49,869 nucleotides of DNA. Source: Jimgerdemannia flammicorona (lineage: Eukaryota). Of the stretch, positions 25,019 to 36,569 are shown piece after piece. The stretch spans positions 1 through 49,869 of the forward strand of contig RBNJ01000030.1 of assembly GCA_003990765.1 (NCBI GenBank), given 5' to 3'. Both the position numbers and the translations under genes were made by a program. The notes under the pieces are model-generated. The model was not told where the DNA came from and searched no databases. It saw nothing but the letters and a program-made list of their open reading frames with translations. Position 1 is the first letter of the stretch. The number at the start of each line of letters is the position of its first letter.

Positions 25019-26250
25019 GGAGTTATACTATGGATTAATCAGCTACCTTGAGCAGCAGAAGTTGCCCAACCACCTTGAACTCTGGACAATCACTATCATC
25101 AACTGGACTTAGAAATAGTTTGAACTAGACAACACTATACTCAGAAAAGGAGGAAAGCTAGTAATACCCAAACACAAGAAGTATCAAGTAATGAAGGAAG
25201 TACATGAGCAAGGACACCTAGGAGGAACCAATATATACAACAAGGCAAGATGGTGACCCAAGATAGAAGAAGACCTGTGTCAATTTGTCAAAAGGTGTGA
25301 CAAGTGCCAAAAACAGAAATAAGATCAGCAAAACCAGGTACCCAGGTCATTAAGAATTGAGCCTATCCCCTTCTACTATATCACAATGGGTATCATTGGG
25401 CCACTACCAGTAACACTATCAGGAAACTACTATATTATAGTTATTGTAGACCTCTTTAACAAATAGATAGAAGCAGGAGCATTACAAGAAGCCAATGCCC
25501 TCTCTATAGCTGACTTCCTGCACTGAGAAATCATCTGCCGCTACAAGACACTGAAGCAAATCACAACAGACTGCAACACAGAATTTGTCAATGGATTCTA
25601 TGAGATAATATATCAGAAATACAAGATCCAGCACATCAAGACCACTGCATATCACCCTTAAGGAAATGGACAGACAGAGAGAACCAATAAGACCCTCAAT
25701 AACATACTGGCAAAGATCTCAGAGACATATGAGAATTGGGATAACTATCTCTCAACTGCCCTCTCTGTCCTATGAGATATATGATCACAGAGCACACACT
25801 TTACCCCAAGGGAGCTGCTCTTCGGAGAAGAAGATTCTGATAGAACCTCAGCCATGAATCTAGACATAACTTGGAGATGGGTAGTTGCAGAAATCCAGAG
25901 ACTATACCAAATCAGGAAGAAGGCTAAAGATTACATCATCATGTCACAAGTACTGATGAGAAAGAATGTAGAAAAGAATCACAAGACTCTAGAACTCATC
26001 CAAATTGGAGAAAAGGTTCTACTGTATCAAAATATGGTAGAAGCCTCATAGTCATGAAAACTGGAGCCCAAATAGGAAGGACCCTTCTATATGCAACATA
26101 TCAAGGGAACTACCTTCTAGCTTAGAAAAATCTCAGAGACTATACTGCCTACTATGGTACATAGGAACAGACTCAAGAAGTACCATGAACCTATATAAGT
26201 AAAGCAAAATGTGATGACCACCCATGAGGTTCTAATCCATGAATCATAAT
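25011..26250 (+). pseudogene. Gypsy integrase (HHCC, DDE, GPF); no chromodomain seen
   Basis: HEQGHLGG..CDKCQ, IIGPLP, TTAYHP*GNGQTERTNKTL, KLEPK*EGPF, VHRNRLKKY. Confidence 0.9.
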
Positions 26251-26562
26251 AGCATATCCTGTGACTAGCAGGATATCTGTCTGGACCATTCTCTAAGAGA
26301 TATGGCACCAGCAACTACTCATCTATAAGACTTTTGAAACCAGAGAAGTTCAAACCATCAACTGATTGGTCAAGATCAGAATCAGGCCCTTGCTCTATAT
26401 GAAGGGAGCAATCCTTCACCATCACACCAAAATACAAAGAGAAGACACCAGCCTATAAACACCACTTTTCGACCCCCTGCCAGAGGTTATGGGATCAGCA
26501 AATTTTTCAGGACTGGACCAATGAATAAGGATACTTGAGAAGATCCTTATTCAGGAGGAAGA

Positions 26563-28145
26563 TGTAACAGAGACTCCAGAATAATGACATCAGCACAGGA
26601 TACAGTCTTTCCTTGCAAGCCACCAGATCAGAGCACAAGAAGATCATATAGTATATGAGATGAGCAATGATGACCAACTGTGAGTCATTGTGACTACAGT
26701 ATGAGTATCTTAAGGAATATAAAAGAATGATCAAGGAACTGTAGTAGCAGCAACCAACAAGACCCACTAATCCCAAAATAGCTCAAAGACTTACCACAAA
26801 TGAAATGCCTGCTGCTTGCCAAACCTCAAGGTCAAGGAACCACCAAAGTACCTCAGTTGAAGAAAGGATGTTTCAAGACATCAGAAGAGCCATGAGGACC
26901 TGCTCAAGAAGGACTCCTAGTGTCAACCTGGGTACTGCAGATTCTTATCACTTTATCCTCTATTACCATGAAATGGAAACAAGGATCACCATTGCTACTG
27001 AATGCCTCCAAATATGGCAGGAGTATAAAATAGGAAACTTCCTCTACCAGCAGTTCCTACAGACCAGCACTCAAGAGCTACAAGATGTCACTCTCATGGA
27101 TATATATGAAATAAGGACAGCTAAGAAGATCTATCAGATCTTCAGGCCTGCACCATAGTCAATCCCCAACTTGGAGTATGTTAGAGTCTCAGATTTCAGT
27201 GACCTGTCATCCCACTATATCAATTACTAGAAGCCAGGGTGACTATAGAAGCCCAGTCCACTATCACCCTCAATAGTGATGAAGTAGAAGACTTCTGCCA
27301 TCCCATTCTCCAGGACAACCCAGATCAATTCCTGTAAGGATTGATCTCAATATTCCAAGGTCCAAGTATCTAGGTTAGACCTCTCCAAGACCCCACATTT
27401 GTTCTCTATTTTATGGAAGAGAACCTCATAGACTGGAGAGCTCCAGATCTCCTTGTCCCCACTGCCACCACCATCAAACATGATGACATCATTGGTGATG
27501 ATGTCATCCTGCACAATATATGCAAAACACATGAAGTACATAAAACTTGCAATCTATATAATGATGATGATGTCAAGACAGATGAGATATTCATGGACCT
27601 CATCTCCTTTGAAGACATCCTGACCTCTGATGAGGATGAAGCCCCTTTGGTCTTGAACATTTTGCTCTAAGTCCCTTAGTTATACTGAATAATACCAGCA
27701 CTGACATTCTGAGGTGATGCAGAATTATTCTAGTACCAGCATTCTGATGTGACACTGAATTATACCAGCATCTTGAACCTGTACAACTATTAGTACCGAC
27801 TCTGGAACTTAGCTGTTTTTCCTGTCCTGGCATTTTATTTTAGTTATTGGAATTTATATTTAGCTTTATATCTTAGCAATCATAGAATTATATTTTGTAT
27901 AAATATCCCTCTTATTTCCTCTGAAATAAAGTCAGTCCATTCAGTTTCTCTCAGTGCAATACACACTTCCTTACAAGCAATCTAAGAGATAACAAGATAG
28001 TTTAAAGATAAGAATTTTGAGGACTATAAGACCTTGGAAAGGCACTCCAATAAGAACTTGCTTATAACAAACTTGAGTTAGTCTAAGAGATATACTTTGA
28101 AGAAAATCTAGAGTATTTGAAGGACTCAGCAACTACTATGTGACA
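26563..28145 (+). repeat. 3' LTR of copy 2 (1583 bp)
   Basis: TGTAACA...TGTGACA, preceded by a PPT. Direct repeat of 13514-14994. Confidence 0.95.
26805..27670 (+). pseudogene. LTR(U3)-encoded accessory ORF, 3' LTR copy (~288 aa in consensus)
   Basis: 866 nt from ATG to TAA. One 1-bp deletion (~27225) and transition-type stops relative to the other copies. Confidence 0.72.
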
Positions 28146-28349
28146 ATATATAGTATGAGTAACTTCCTTATGTAGAATGGTCTGGAAATTTAGCAGTTTC
28201 TTTCTTGAGTAGTAGATGATTTCTATATAGTATGATAATCTCCAAAAGCATGTGATTTCTGGTTTGATGATCTTGGTGGTATGGTATAATACAGTAGATT
28301 GGCAGATAACTTGATTTAGTATAAATTCTCCTAAATCAGCAGACTTCTT

Positions 28350-28460
28350 GAATAATAACTCAGATAACTTAGACAATGTAAATAACTTGATAACTCAGAT
28401 GGTGCAGATATGTAGCTTGATAACTCAGATGGCATAGATAACTTGATAACTCAGATTCTC
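28350..28460. repeat. Short degenerate tandem repeat (TTGATAACTCAGAT core)
   Basis: ATAACTCAGAT occurs four times in ~100 bp. Confidence 0.7.
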
Positions 28461-28735
28461 TTCTTGACAAAGTTATGTCAGAGATAGGCTCTATTTGTAT
28501 GGGGTTATGTCAAAAAACTGGCTTTACTGTAAAGTTACATCAAGTAGACTGACTTTGTAACAAGATGTGTACTTCAAAATATTATAGATACTTGGAAAAA
28601 GTTACCTCAAAGACTGGCTATATTTGTACAAAGTTGTATCAAGATAGACTGGCTTTATAGTAAGATAATAGACTTTATTAAGAATGGTAGCTTTTTCTTA
28701 ATCAGCAGATTTCTCTTCAAATGGCAACAAAGTTC

Positions 28736-29160
28736 TTCACATTTACTTGAGTGGTAAATTCTTTTAAATTCAGACTCATTCTTTATATCAGAAAGTGGAC
28801 CAGAGTAGAAATAGACAAACACTTTTTTTACAGTGACTTATTAGTAGGTTTCTCCTTCTAAATATACTAGATAATTAGCTTTTGCTTTTGATTTTCAGAC
28901 TGAGGTTTATTTACTCTTATCTCTGGGGTATTTTATACATTATGGTTGCTATCTGGTTGCTATATGGCTAACTATAGAATTCTCTTTATGGCAGGTGTTC
29001 TTGGTTCAGTATAGTGTTCTGTTCCAGTACAGTGTTATGGTCTGATATAGTATACTTATCCAGTACAGGTAAACACACCCTTTCTGATATCTCTAGCTAA
29101 TTATACAGATTGGTACAGTAAAGCAGTCTTGGTTACCTAGTGTACCTGTTAGTATGTGAT
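28736..29160 (-). repeat. Probable degenerate solo LTR related to the short family A LTR
   Basis: CTGAGGTTTATTTACTC..CTGGGGTATTTTATACA (~28900-28940) resembles 4580-4620. Ends uncertain. Confidence 0.5.
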
Positions 29161-29368
29161 TATTTTTTAATTCTAATAGTATAAATTCTGCTGCTCATTA
29201 CAATATATAAATTTACTAATTTCCATATTTACTATATTTTCAAATTTCAATAAAGATATTTCTGTAAATAGAGTCTTTCGAAATTGGGAGATATTAAGGT
29301 TGTTTATATTTCTATTCATTTTATATCTAAAAATAGTAAAGAGCAAGAACATATATCTGCTCTTTATA

Positions 29369-31990
29369 TTAAGTTTCCTGGGAGTCTGTTACAATGGTGC
29401 CTGCTTTGCTCCTATTGATTGATAATTTAGCCAAGTAGGAGAAAAGATGCTTTTGGTTCCAATTGATGAGAGTAACATTGCTTTCTTCATTCTCAGCAAG
29501 GAGTTCGAAAATATCCTCTTCGCGTAAGGATGCGAATTTGACTGCATTTACCATACTATTGAAAAGAAGTGCATGAATTAGTATGCCCTCAAGGAGACTG
29601 CTAGGGTGCGAGTAGAAATTAGGGAATCATATAGAGGTCAATTTATATACGTTTTCCCAGAGTAGGGAAGAGAGCTACAACCACTTCACAACTACATAAC
29701 GGTGACACAATGTTTCGCGCATGGTTCCTTCGCAGACTATCCAATGAAAACTAACTGGCTAACCAAGGCCGATGGACTGAGGCACACGTACCAGATAGCT
29801 AAGTCTCTCGATGACGTACATGATTCACTGCAAATTTCACAGTGCATTTTTCTGTATTTGGAAAACATTATTGCCCGATAGGCCAATGACGTCTCATCGA
29901 CATCGAAGATGCAAAGTGGTTGTCACCGCATTGCCCCTTCTGCTCTGGTTGAAAACTGCTCGCGACTAATAAAGATCCTGCAGTAGCTGAGATTAGCAAA
30001 AATAATGTTTAATGTTAATCTCCCGGTCTGCGAATGTCAGAGGGGCAATAAACGTTATCAGATTCCATATCTTTGCTGTGCCTTCTGGTGGCTGATAGGA
30101 AAGGAGTGTTTCCGATCACTGCCACATGACCAGAGCCATACAATGAAAGTTGCCAGCACGCGAGAACCCAATATTAAAGATTCCCAGCCATATCTTAACT
30201 CATCATGCAGCACACAATTGGTGATACGTGTCATAGCTGGCTTTTTTTTATATGAAGTATCTGGTGCGATAGTTCTAAGCGAATCTTGTGACACAATGGC
30301 AAATAGGGTCGGAAGAACTTTAAAATAACTTAGAGTCATATATAACATGCTCTGAGCAATGCTCTAAATTATGAAAACCCCATTATTGTATGTGTTGGGT
30401 TTAGTGCTTTGTAGAAACAATTATGGTATTTTCTGCACTATTATATCTTAGTCGTATATACAGCCAATATAATTATCAACCATGAAAACTATTACTTATC
30501 TCACCCACAAAGTGACAAGATAAACTCTGAGACGAGTCTTCTAGTATGAGCAAGTGCAAGACGTGAATAGTAGAGTTGTAGTGAGATAACGAATATTTTG
30601 ACAAGGCCAATCCCATAAATCGAGCTTTGAATTGAAACGGTCAATAATATGATTGTTACATTCCCAAGTTGGTTCAGATTTATCGCTGCATTCCTTTTTC
30701 TGCCTCCAATTTCATCAATCGCCGTGCGAGAACGGTCGATCATTTGTTTGTCATTTGTATGTCACTGGGAACCTGAATGATAATGAAATCCCTAAGCGAG
30801 CTTATGTGGCTATTTTTGTATTATTTGAAATACTCATAAGTTCGAAGAGGTATTTCAGAATCATGACTTTACTACTACTTCAATGCGGATAAGAATCAGA
30901 AAGAAGACTGAATATGTCGTAGAAGAAAATAGGATAAACTGACCATTTAAATATGATTGATTCAACCAAACCAAATCTTGAATAGTCAGAACATCTGATG
31001 CCATTTTGAAACGCTTTCAGTTGGTCAAATTCACTACGTATATCAAATGAGTACTTCGTTGAGGCTTCTACCATCTTACATAATGTCCTATTCCTAGCTA
31101 CTATTTCAAAATTTAAATCGCCAGTCACGACTGACTTTTAAATAAAGAAATCTCTTGGAATGATACACCATAAAAATATCATTCAAAGAGGACCAGCTAT
31201 TAAAGATGTCATCAAGGTCTGCTTGGGCATGAACATGGGCCTGACCAGGAGCCGTTCTGTGAATTCTCAAATTAGATTTTTGCCTAATAGGGTCATATAC
31301 TTATACAACATACCATTCAATACTATGGGTCGTAGCTGGCATAGTAATCTTTTCTATTTTATACGAAGAAACCTGTGCGATGGTTCTAAACAAATCTCGA
31401 GACACAATGGCAAACAGGCTATGATAGTGTAAAAGGAACTGTAAAATATCATAGAGTTTTATATTACTTGCTCTTCAAATCATTTTGGAAGCGTTCTGAA
31501 ATTGTGGTATTATTTCTAGCAGGAGTGCTCATGTTTCTCCATTGTGGTGAAGGCAAACTCATCGCCCTCATAAGATTGCATAGTAGCGACGACATTGCGA
31601 TGTTTGACATCGATGGCGATTAGCATCTCGCAACGGAAATAGCGAGTTGATGTGGCGACGCCCCTCGACCTTGAGTGCGGTTTTTAGCCCTTCAGGGTTT
31701 TCAGCTTCGGGAATCAACCCAAAAGTTCCCGACCGAGCTCCATGACCACGTGTAGATTCTTGATAATACTGGAGCCTACGGGAAAAGAGTAAAGTCGGGT
31801 TCAACAAGTTCCGTTTCTCCGAGATTGTGTTAGGCAACGTCAGTTTCAGGGAGGTCGTGTTGGTCGGAATCTGTTCCGGAGAGGTCGCTTTGAGCGAGGT
31901 CAGTTACGGCGAGTTCGCGTTGGACGAGATCAGGTCCGAAGTCATTCGACGTGCTTGGCTTTATCTTTAGGGATAACAAAAGGGGTCATA
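29369..31990 (-). pseudogene. Multi-exon host-type gene or pseudogene of unknown function
   Basis: CpG-retaining DNA with protein-like minus-strand segments (29369-29554, 30058-30330, 30880-31128, ~31320-31440) and GTATGT/YAG signals. Exon structure not resolved. Confidence 0.4.
31800..31945 (-). repeat. Degenerate 15-bp tandem repeat
   Basis: Plus-strand units GAGGTCGTGTTGGTC/GGAATCTGTTCCGGA/GAGGTCGCTTTGAGC/GAGGTCAGTTACGGC/GAGTTCGCGTTGGAC/GAGATCAGGTCCGAA. Confidence 0.65.
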
Positions 31991-32509
31991 AATTGTTTCT
32001 TCGGAGTTTCCCCTCAAGGAACTCAAACACGAACGAAATGATTATTCATAGGAGCATAAGATACCAGGTGCTTCTCGGTCGGTTTGGGGTCGCTGTTGTG
32101 GCGTGGGGTTCGCGTTAAGCCGATAGGTAAAAATACTTTGTTATGGCAACCATATATGGACAAGCTGGTTTCCGTAACTGACAACAACAGGAAGGGTACC
32201 TTGCCTGCCAGACGTCGCAACAACGATTACCCTAGTGTTCTTAGATGTAGACGCTTTTGCCGCCCTCCAAAGACCAGAGTTCGAAATCACCATATTAAGG
32301 GTGATATAGAGAACCCAAATATCTGAGGAGAAACAATAATATATTAATCGTGTTCCAGCACAAGGTTCCGGTGATATATAGCCGGGGTGCCACCTACCGA
32401 TTAAAATTTGACATTGCAATGGAAATACGCGATATCGTCCAGCATCGGCCTGAATGCCTATTTCAATCCTGTGTTGGAGACGGCGACAGGCGCCTGGATG
32501 AACCTTTTG

Positions 32510-34335
32510 GAGAAGGAATAAATACGTCGGTCAAATTATTTGCGTTGAGTGCTGTTACTGGTAGGACTTCCAAACGAACTCGTCGCCAACAACTGCGTGA
32601 CTGCACAACATACCTTTTGGTTGTCCTGCACATGGCCATTGAACATGTCGCCTCGAGTTGGCTTTGTCCACCTTTGGGACAATAAAAAAGGAATCGATAA
32701 ATCAGCATTGCGTCGAGTTCTGGTAATCTTGGATATTGCACAAAACAAACTCGTCGCTTACAACTTGGTGGCAGCACAGCATACTTTTTGGCTGCATATT
32801 GGTATTGCACGTCGTTGACAAGAGTTGGTGACAGGAAGGTTGGGAAAATTTTTGAGTTGTCGCTAGGTGCTGCCGCCAAAACATGTCGCCTTCGGTTCAG
32901 TTGATTTTTTTTTTGGAACAATAAAAGAGGAGAATAAATAAATTAGTCAAATACTATTGCGTCGGGTGCCATTAATCGTAGGTCTTGCACAAAACGAATT
33001 CGTCACCAACATATAGGATTCCTTGGACTAAACAAGATATGTTTGTGGCAGCACAGCCTACCTTTTGTTTTTTCTGCTTACTAACATTGCACGTCGTTGA
33101 CAAGAGTTAGTGACAGGGAGGCTGACGTCGTTGAGATGGCGCTCGGTTGTTGTCAGCTTCGAGGAGGAGAGTTTGATAGCAGAGGTGTTGCCCACAAAAC
33201 ATTTCGCCTTCGGTTCAGTTGACTTGCCTTTGGAACAAGAAAAGAGGAGGAATGAATAAGTCAGTCAAATGCTATTGCGTCGAGTGCTGTAAATCGTAGG
33301 TCATACACAAAATGAACTCATCGCCAACAACCGGGATGCCTCGGATTAAACAAGCGACTTGTGGGTGGAATTATAGCATACTTTTTAGTTGTTCTGCATA
33401 TTGACATTGCACGTCGTTGATAAGAGTTGAGCAAGACTACGGACGTTGTTGATATGTCGCGCGGTCGCCGTCAGCTTCGAGATGTCGCCACCCGATCGTG
33501 TCGGCTCCCAGATCGCGTCGCCTCGAGTTCGGGCTTTGGCTCGGTTGTGACAATAAAAGAAGAGGAGTAAATACGCCAGTCAAATACTGTGCGTCGAATG
33601 CTGTTAATCAGAGAGACCTTACACAGAGGAACTCGTCACCAACAACTGGAATATTTCGGATTAAACAAGCAATGTATTATAGGCAGCACAACATACCTTT
33701 TGGTTGTTCTGCATATTGGTATTACACGTCGTTGACAAAGAGATGGTGACAGGATGGCTGCGGACGCTGTGAAAATGTCGCTAGGTCGCCGTCGGCTTCG
33801 AGAATAGTTTCACTACGTAGGTGTCGCCCCCTAATCGCGCCGCTTCGAGTTTGGGATTTGGTTCGGTCGACTTGCCTTTCGGACAATAAAAGTGGAAGAA
33901 TAATACATCCGTCAAATACTATGCGTCGAGGGCTCCTAATAATGCCTTTTCGTTATTCTGCATATTACCATTGCGCGTCGTTGGCAGGAGTTGGCGACAT
34001 GAAGGCTGTGGACGTTGTTGAAATGTCGCTCGGTTGCCGTCAGCTTCGAAAACCGTTTCACTGCGCCGATGTCGACCCCAGATCGTATCGCCTCGATTTC
34101 GAGCTTTGGTTCCGTTGACTTGCATTTGGGACAATAAAAAAGGAGGAATAAAATACGTCAGTCAAATACTATGCTTCGAGGCCTCTTAATCGTACGCTTT
34201 ACAGAAACGCCAACAACTGGGATGCGTCAGATTAAACAAGTGATATATTGGTAGCACTACATCATACCTTTCAGTTGTCCTGCATACTGGCATTGCACGT
34301 CGTTGACAAGAATTGGTGACAGGAAGGCTGGCGAC
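32510..34335 (-). repeat. Tandem array of ~7 diverged ~250-320-bp units (exon+intron-like)
   Basis: GCACGTCGTTGACAAGAGTTGGTGACAGG-like core near 32807, 33090, 33409, 33725, 33973 and 34296, plus a partial unit at ~32520-32700. Confidence 0.88.
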
Positions 34336-36569
34336 GGCTGAATGTTTTGTAAAATTTTGCGAGGAAGCACGACGAGCGAGGTAGGCTGGAAACGAAGGGT
34401 CGGAGAAATTATTCTAAAGGGTGGGTTTTTGAAAGGAGATATTTCGAGGCAGGAGAGAGTTCGAAGAGGCAGGGGGAAAAGGGGTAGCAATGGGCGACAG
34501 GGGAAGCCGTTTCGTGTGGGGGTGTGGCGTTTAAGCAGACCAAACTGGGACTGCGATTCTTAGTCGTCCCATATCGGTCTCCACTCAACTTGATCGCCCC
34601 TCCAAAGAATCATATTCGATCTCTTTGTATCTTACGATTATTTGCCATTAGATCACTTGAACCTAGTCCTATCACGCGTGCGCACCGGCTCTTCATGGCG
34701 GGCTACAAACGTACAAGCGAAACCATCGAATGGCTATAGGTGTGTTCTGTAAGGCTTTGCCGTTTTACGAAATTTTTATGAGCCTAGCTCAAATTTCGGC
34801 TATGGGGCCCAAAGCGAAATAGCTCACGAACAATTGATTCAGTATCAGTTTCATTATGCTAGTATTATCGGCAGTTCCTTTACGCCCACGGCGCTAGCTC
34901 CATTACATGTTCTCTTCATCTGCGCATACACTACTCTATTGAACATCAACATTATACTTTACGGCCACTTGCCATTCAGCAATATATAAGTTTATATACC
35001 CCCTTACTCATCCCCCTTTCTGTTTATATGGCTGTTCGTTCAGTAAGGTTGCATTATCGCCATAGAATGTTCCACAATAAACCGCCCAAAGGTTATTATA
35101 TTTTGGTGACACTGTCTCTCCTGGCGAAAATTTTTTTATTTTTATTTTTATTTTGGGCGCGGCAAAGGAATGATAATCATAAAGTCACTAATATGGCTCA
35201 CCACATGACACTCCATCATATTTCGTGATTATTAATGCGTTCCTCCAATTCAAATCGTCCTGATTAGCGATTCTAATATGAATTTTCTCCTTTATCGACT
35301 TATTATTTTTGTCCATGTCGTCTTCAGTGGATGCCGGTTCCGCCGATGAATGACTTTGTAACCGCTGACAGTTTTCCACAATGTCCATCCGTACCGAAAC
35401 CCTCAACGATGCAAGACAGTCCAAGGATATTATGGCGCTGCCCACCTTGGATAACAACCGAGGAGGCGCTTATATATGATTTCGTAGACGCCGTGAAAAG
35501 TGTACCCGCAAGTCAGGGGCCGGATATCAAGCCGACTATCAACGCATCGCACGGCAATATTACATGGTGCACTTACATCTTAGTAGGCTTGAGCGGCAAG
35601 TTGTTCAAAATCGCTTCGATGCCGTTATGGGAGAGATAACGAAGGGTTTATGGCCAGATGTCCTCAAAACAGTAACAGCAAAAAGTTTTTGAATCAACGT
35701 GTAATGTACGGAATGAGATATTTTCTAAAAGGTGATGTTCCTCAGGAATGCCTTACAAAATTTTCGGCATCACCGTGAAGGAACTCTCGGAAGCAATCGA
35801 AAAATACATGGAATATGACAACAAAGTCGGTGAGATCGATGAGTTCAATGAGGATTAGATCGCCCCCCCTTTTTTTTTACTCCTTTCTCCTTCAGTGATA
35901 TTCAAGCTACGTATGATATATCCAACACAGTTCGAGGCTTACATCTCCTGAAAGCACGCGGAAAATAAACAAGCCATCATAGCGCAAATAAACAATGGGG
36001 CCGACGTATCAATGACATCCGAATTCAAGACAGACTGTAGACAAGCGATGTTACCAAGATCGTGATAGCCGAAGGACGAAATGTTACAAGAGTAATTGCT
36101 TCTGCGCTATAGGAAATGATAGTGCCGATGGAGCACCCGCACCTGATAAATTTTAATGTCATCATGTTAATGTCATCACTAGTAAGTCTGCCACCACAAA
36201 AGCAAGGTCAAGGTGTCTAAAAAGCACCTTGTCAAGAGGAATTCAGATTTGACGGCGTAAGAGAGATTCTATTGAATGAAGAAAATGCATAATAAATTAA
36301 TGCTGACCTGTTTAAGCTCGTTTAGTTCTTTCTGATCGTGTATACGGATTCTCGGGAACAATGCTTAGACTGGATGAGATCAGCAAAAATAGGTGTGAAT
36401 TCCGCTTGGTCCCACCCATGTCCGTTGTCCCGCTCTCCACCTGGGCGCGCGCCAGAAACTACCGCAGACCTGCGACGACATCTTAGACATGGATGACCTG
36501 CCAACCCCCCGGCCAACATTTACACACCCCATCGCTGTTATAGATATTCCCCTCGCACCTCCACCACTC

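Larger units (their letters stand above)
13514..28145 (+). mobile_element. Full-length Ty3/Gypsy family A copy 2 (LTR-gag-PR-dUTPase-RT-RH-IN-LTR), decayed, interrupted by a LINE
   Basis: Paired LTRs with TG..CA termini, ATAT on both flanks (13510-13513 and 28146-28149), PBS at 14998, PPT AGGAGGAAGA before 26563, and RT-RH-IN domain order. Confidence 0.95.

Noticed and set aside
26200-27670. env gene
   Set aside because: No signal peptide, furin site or transmembrane segment is evident in the reconstructed frames.
32510-34335. CRISPR-like or regulatory repeat-spacer array
   Set aside because: Units are homologous along their whole ~300-bp length, with no unique spacers and no cas genes; the context is eukaryotic.
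35188-35330. GNAT acetyltransferase N-terminus (KIHIRIANQDDL)
   Set aside because: Motif is too short and no downstream acetyl-CoA-binding motif could be traced.
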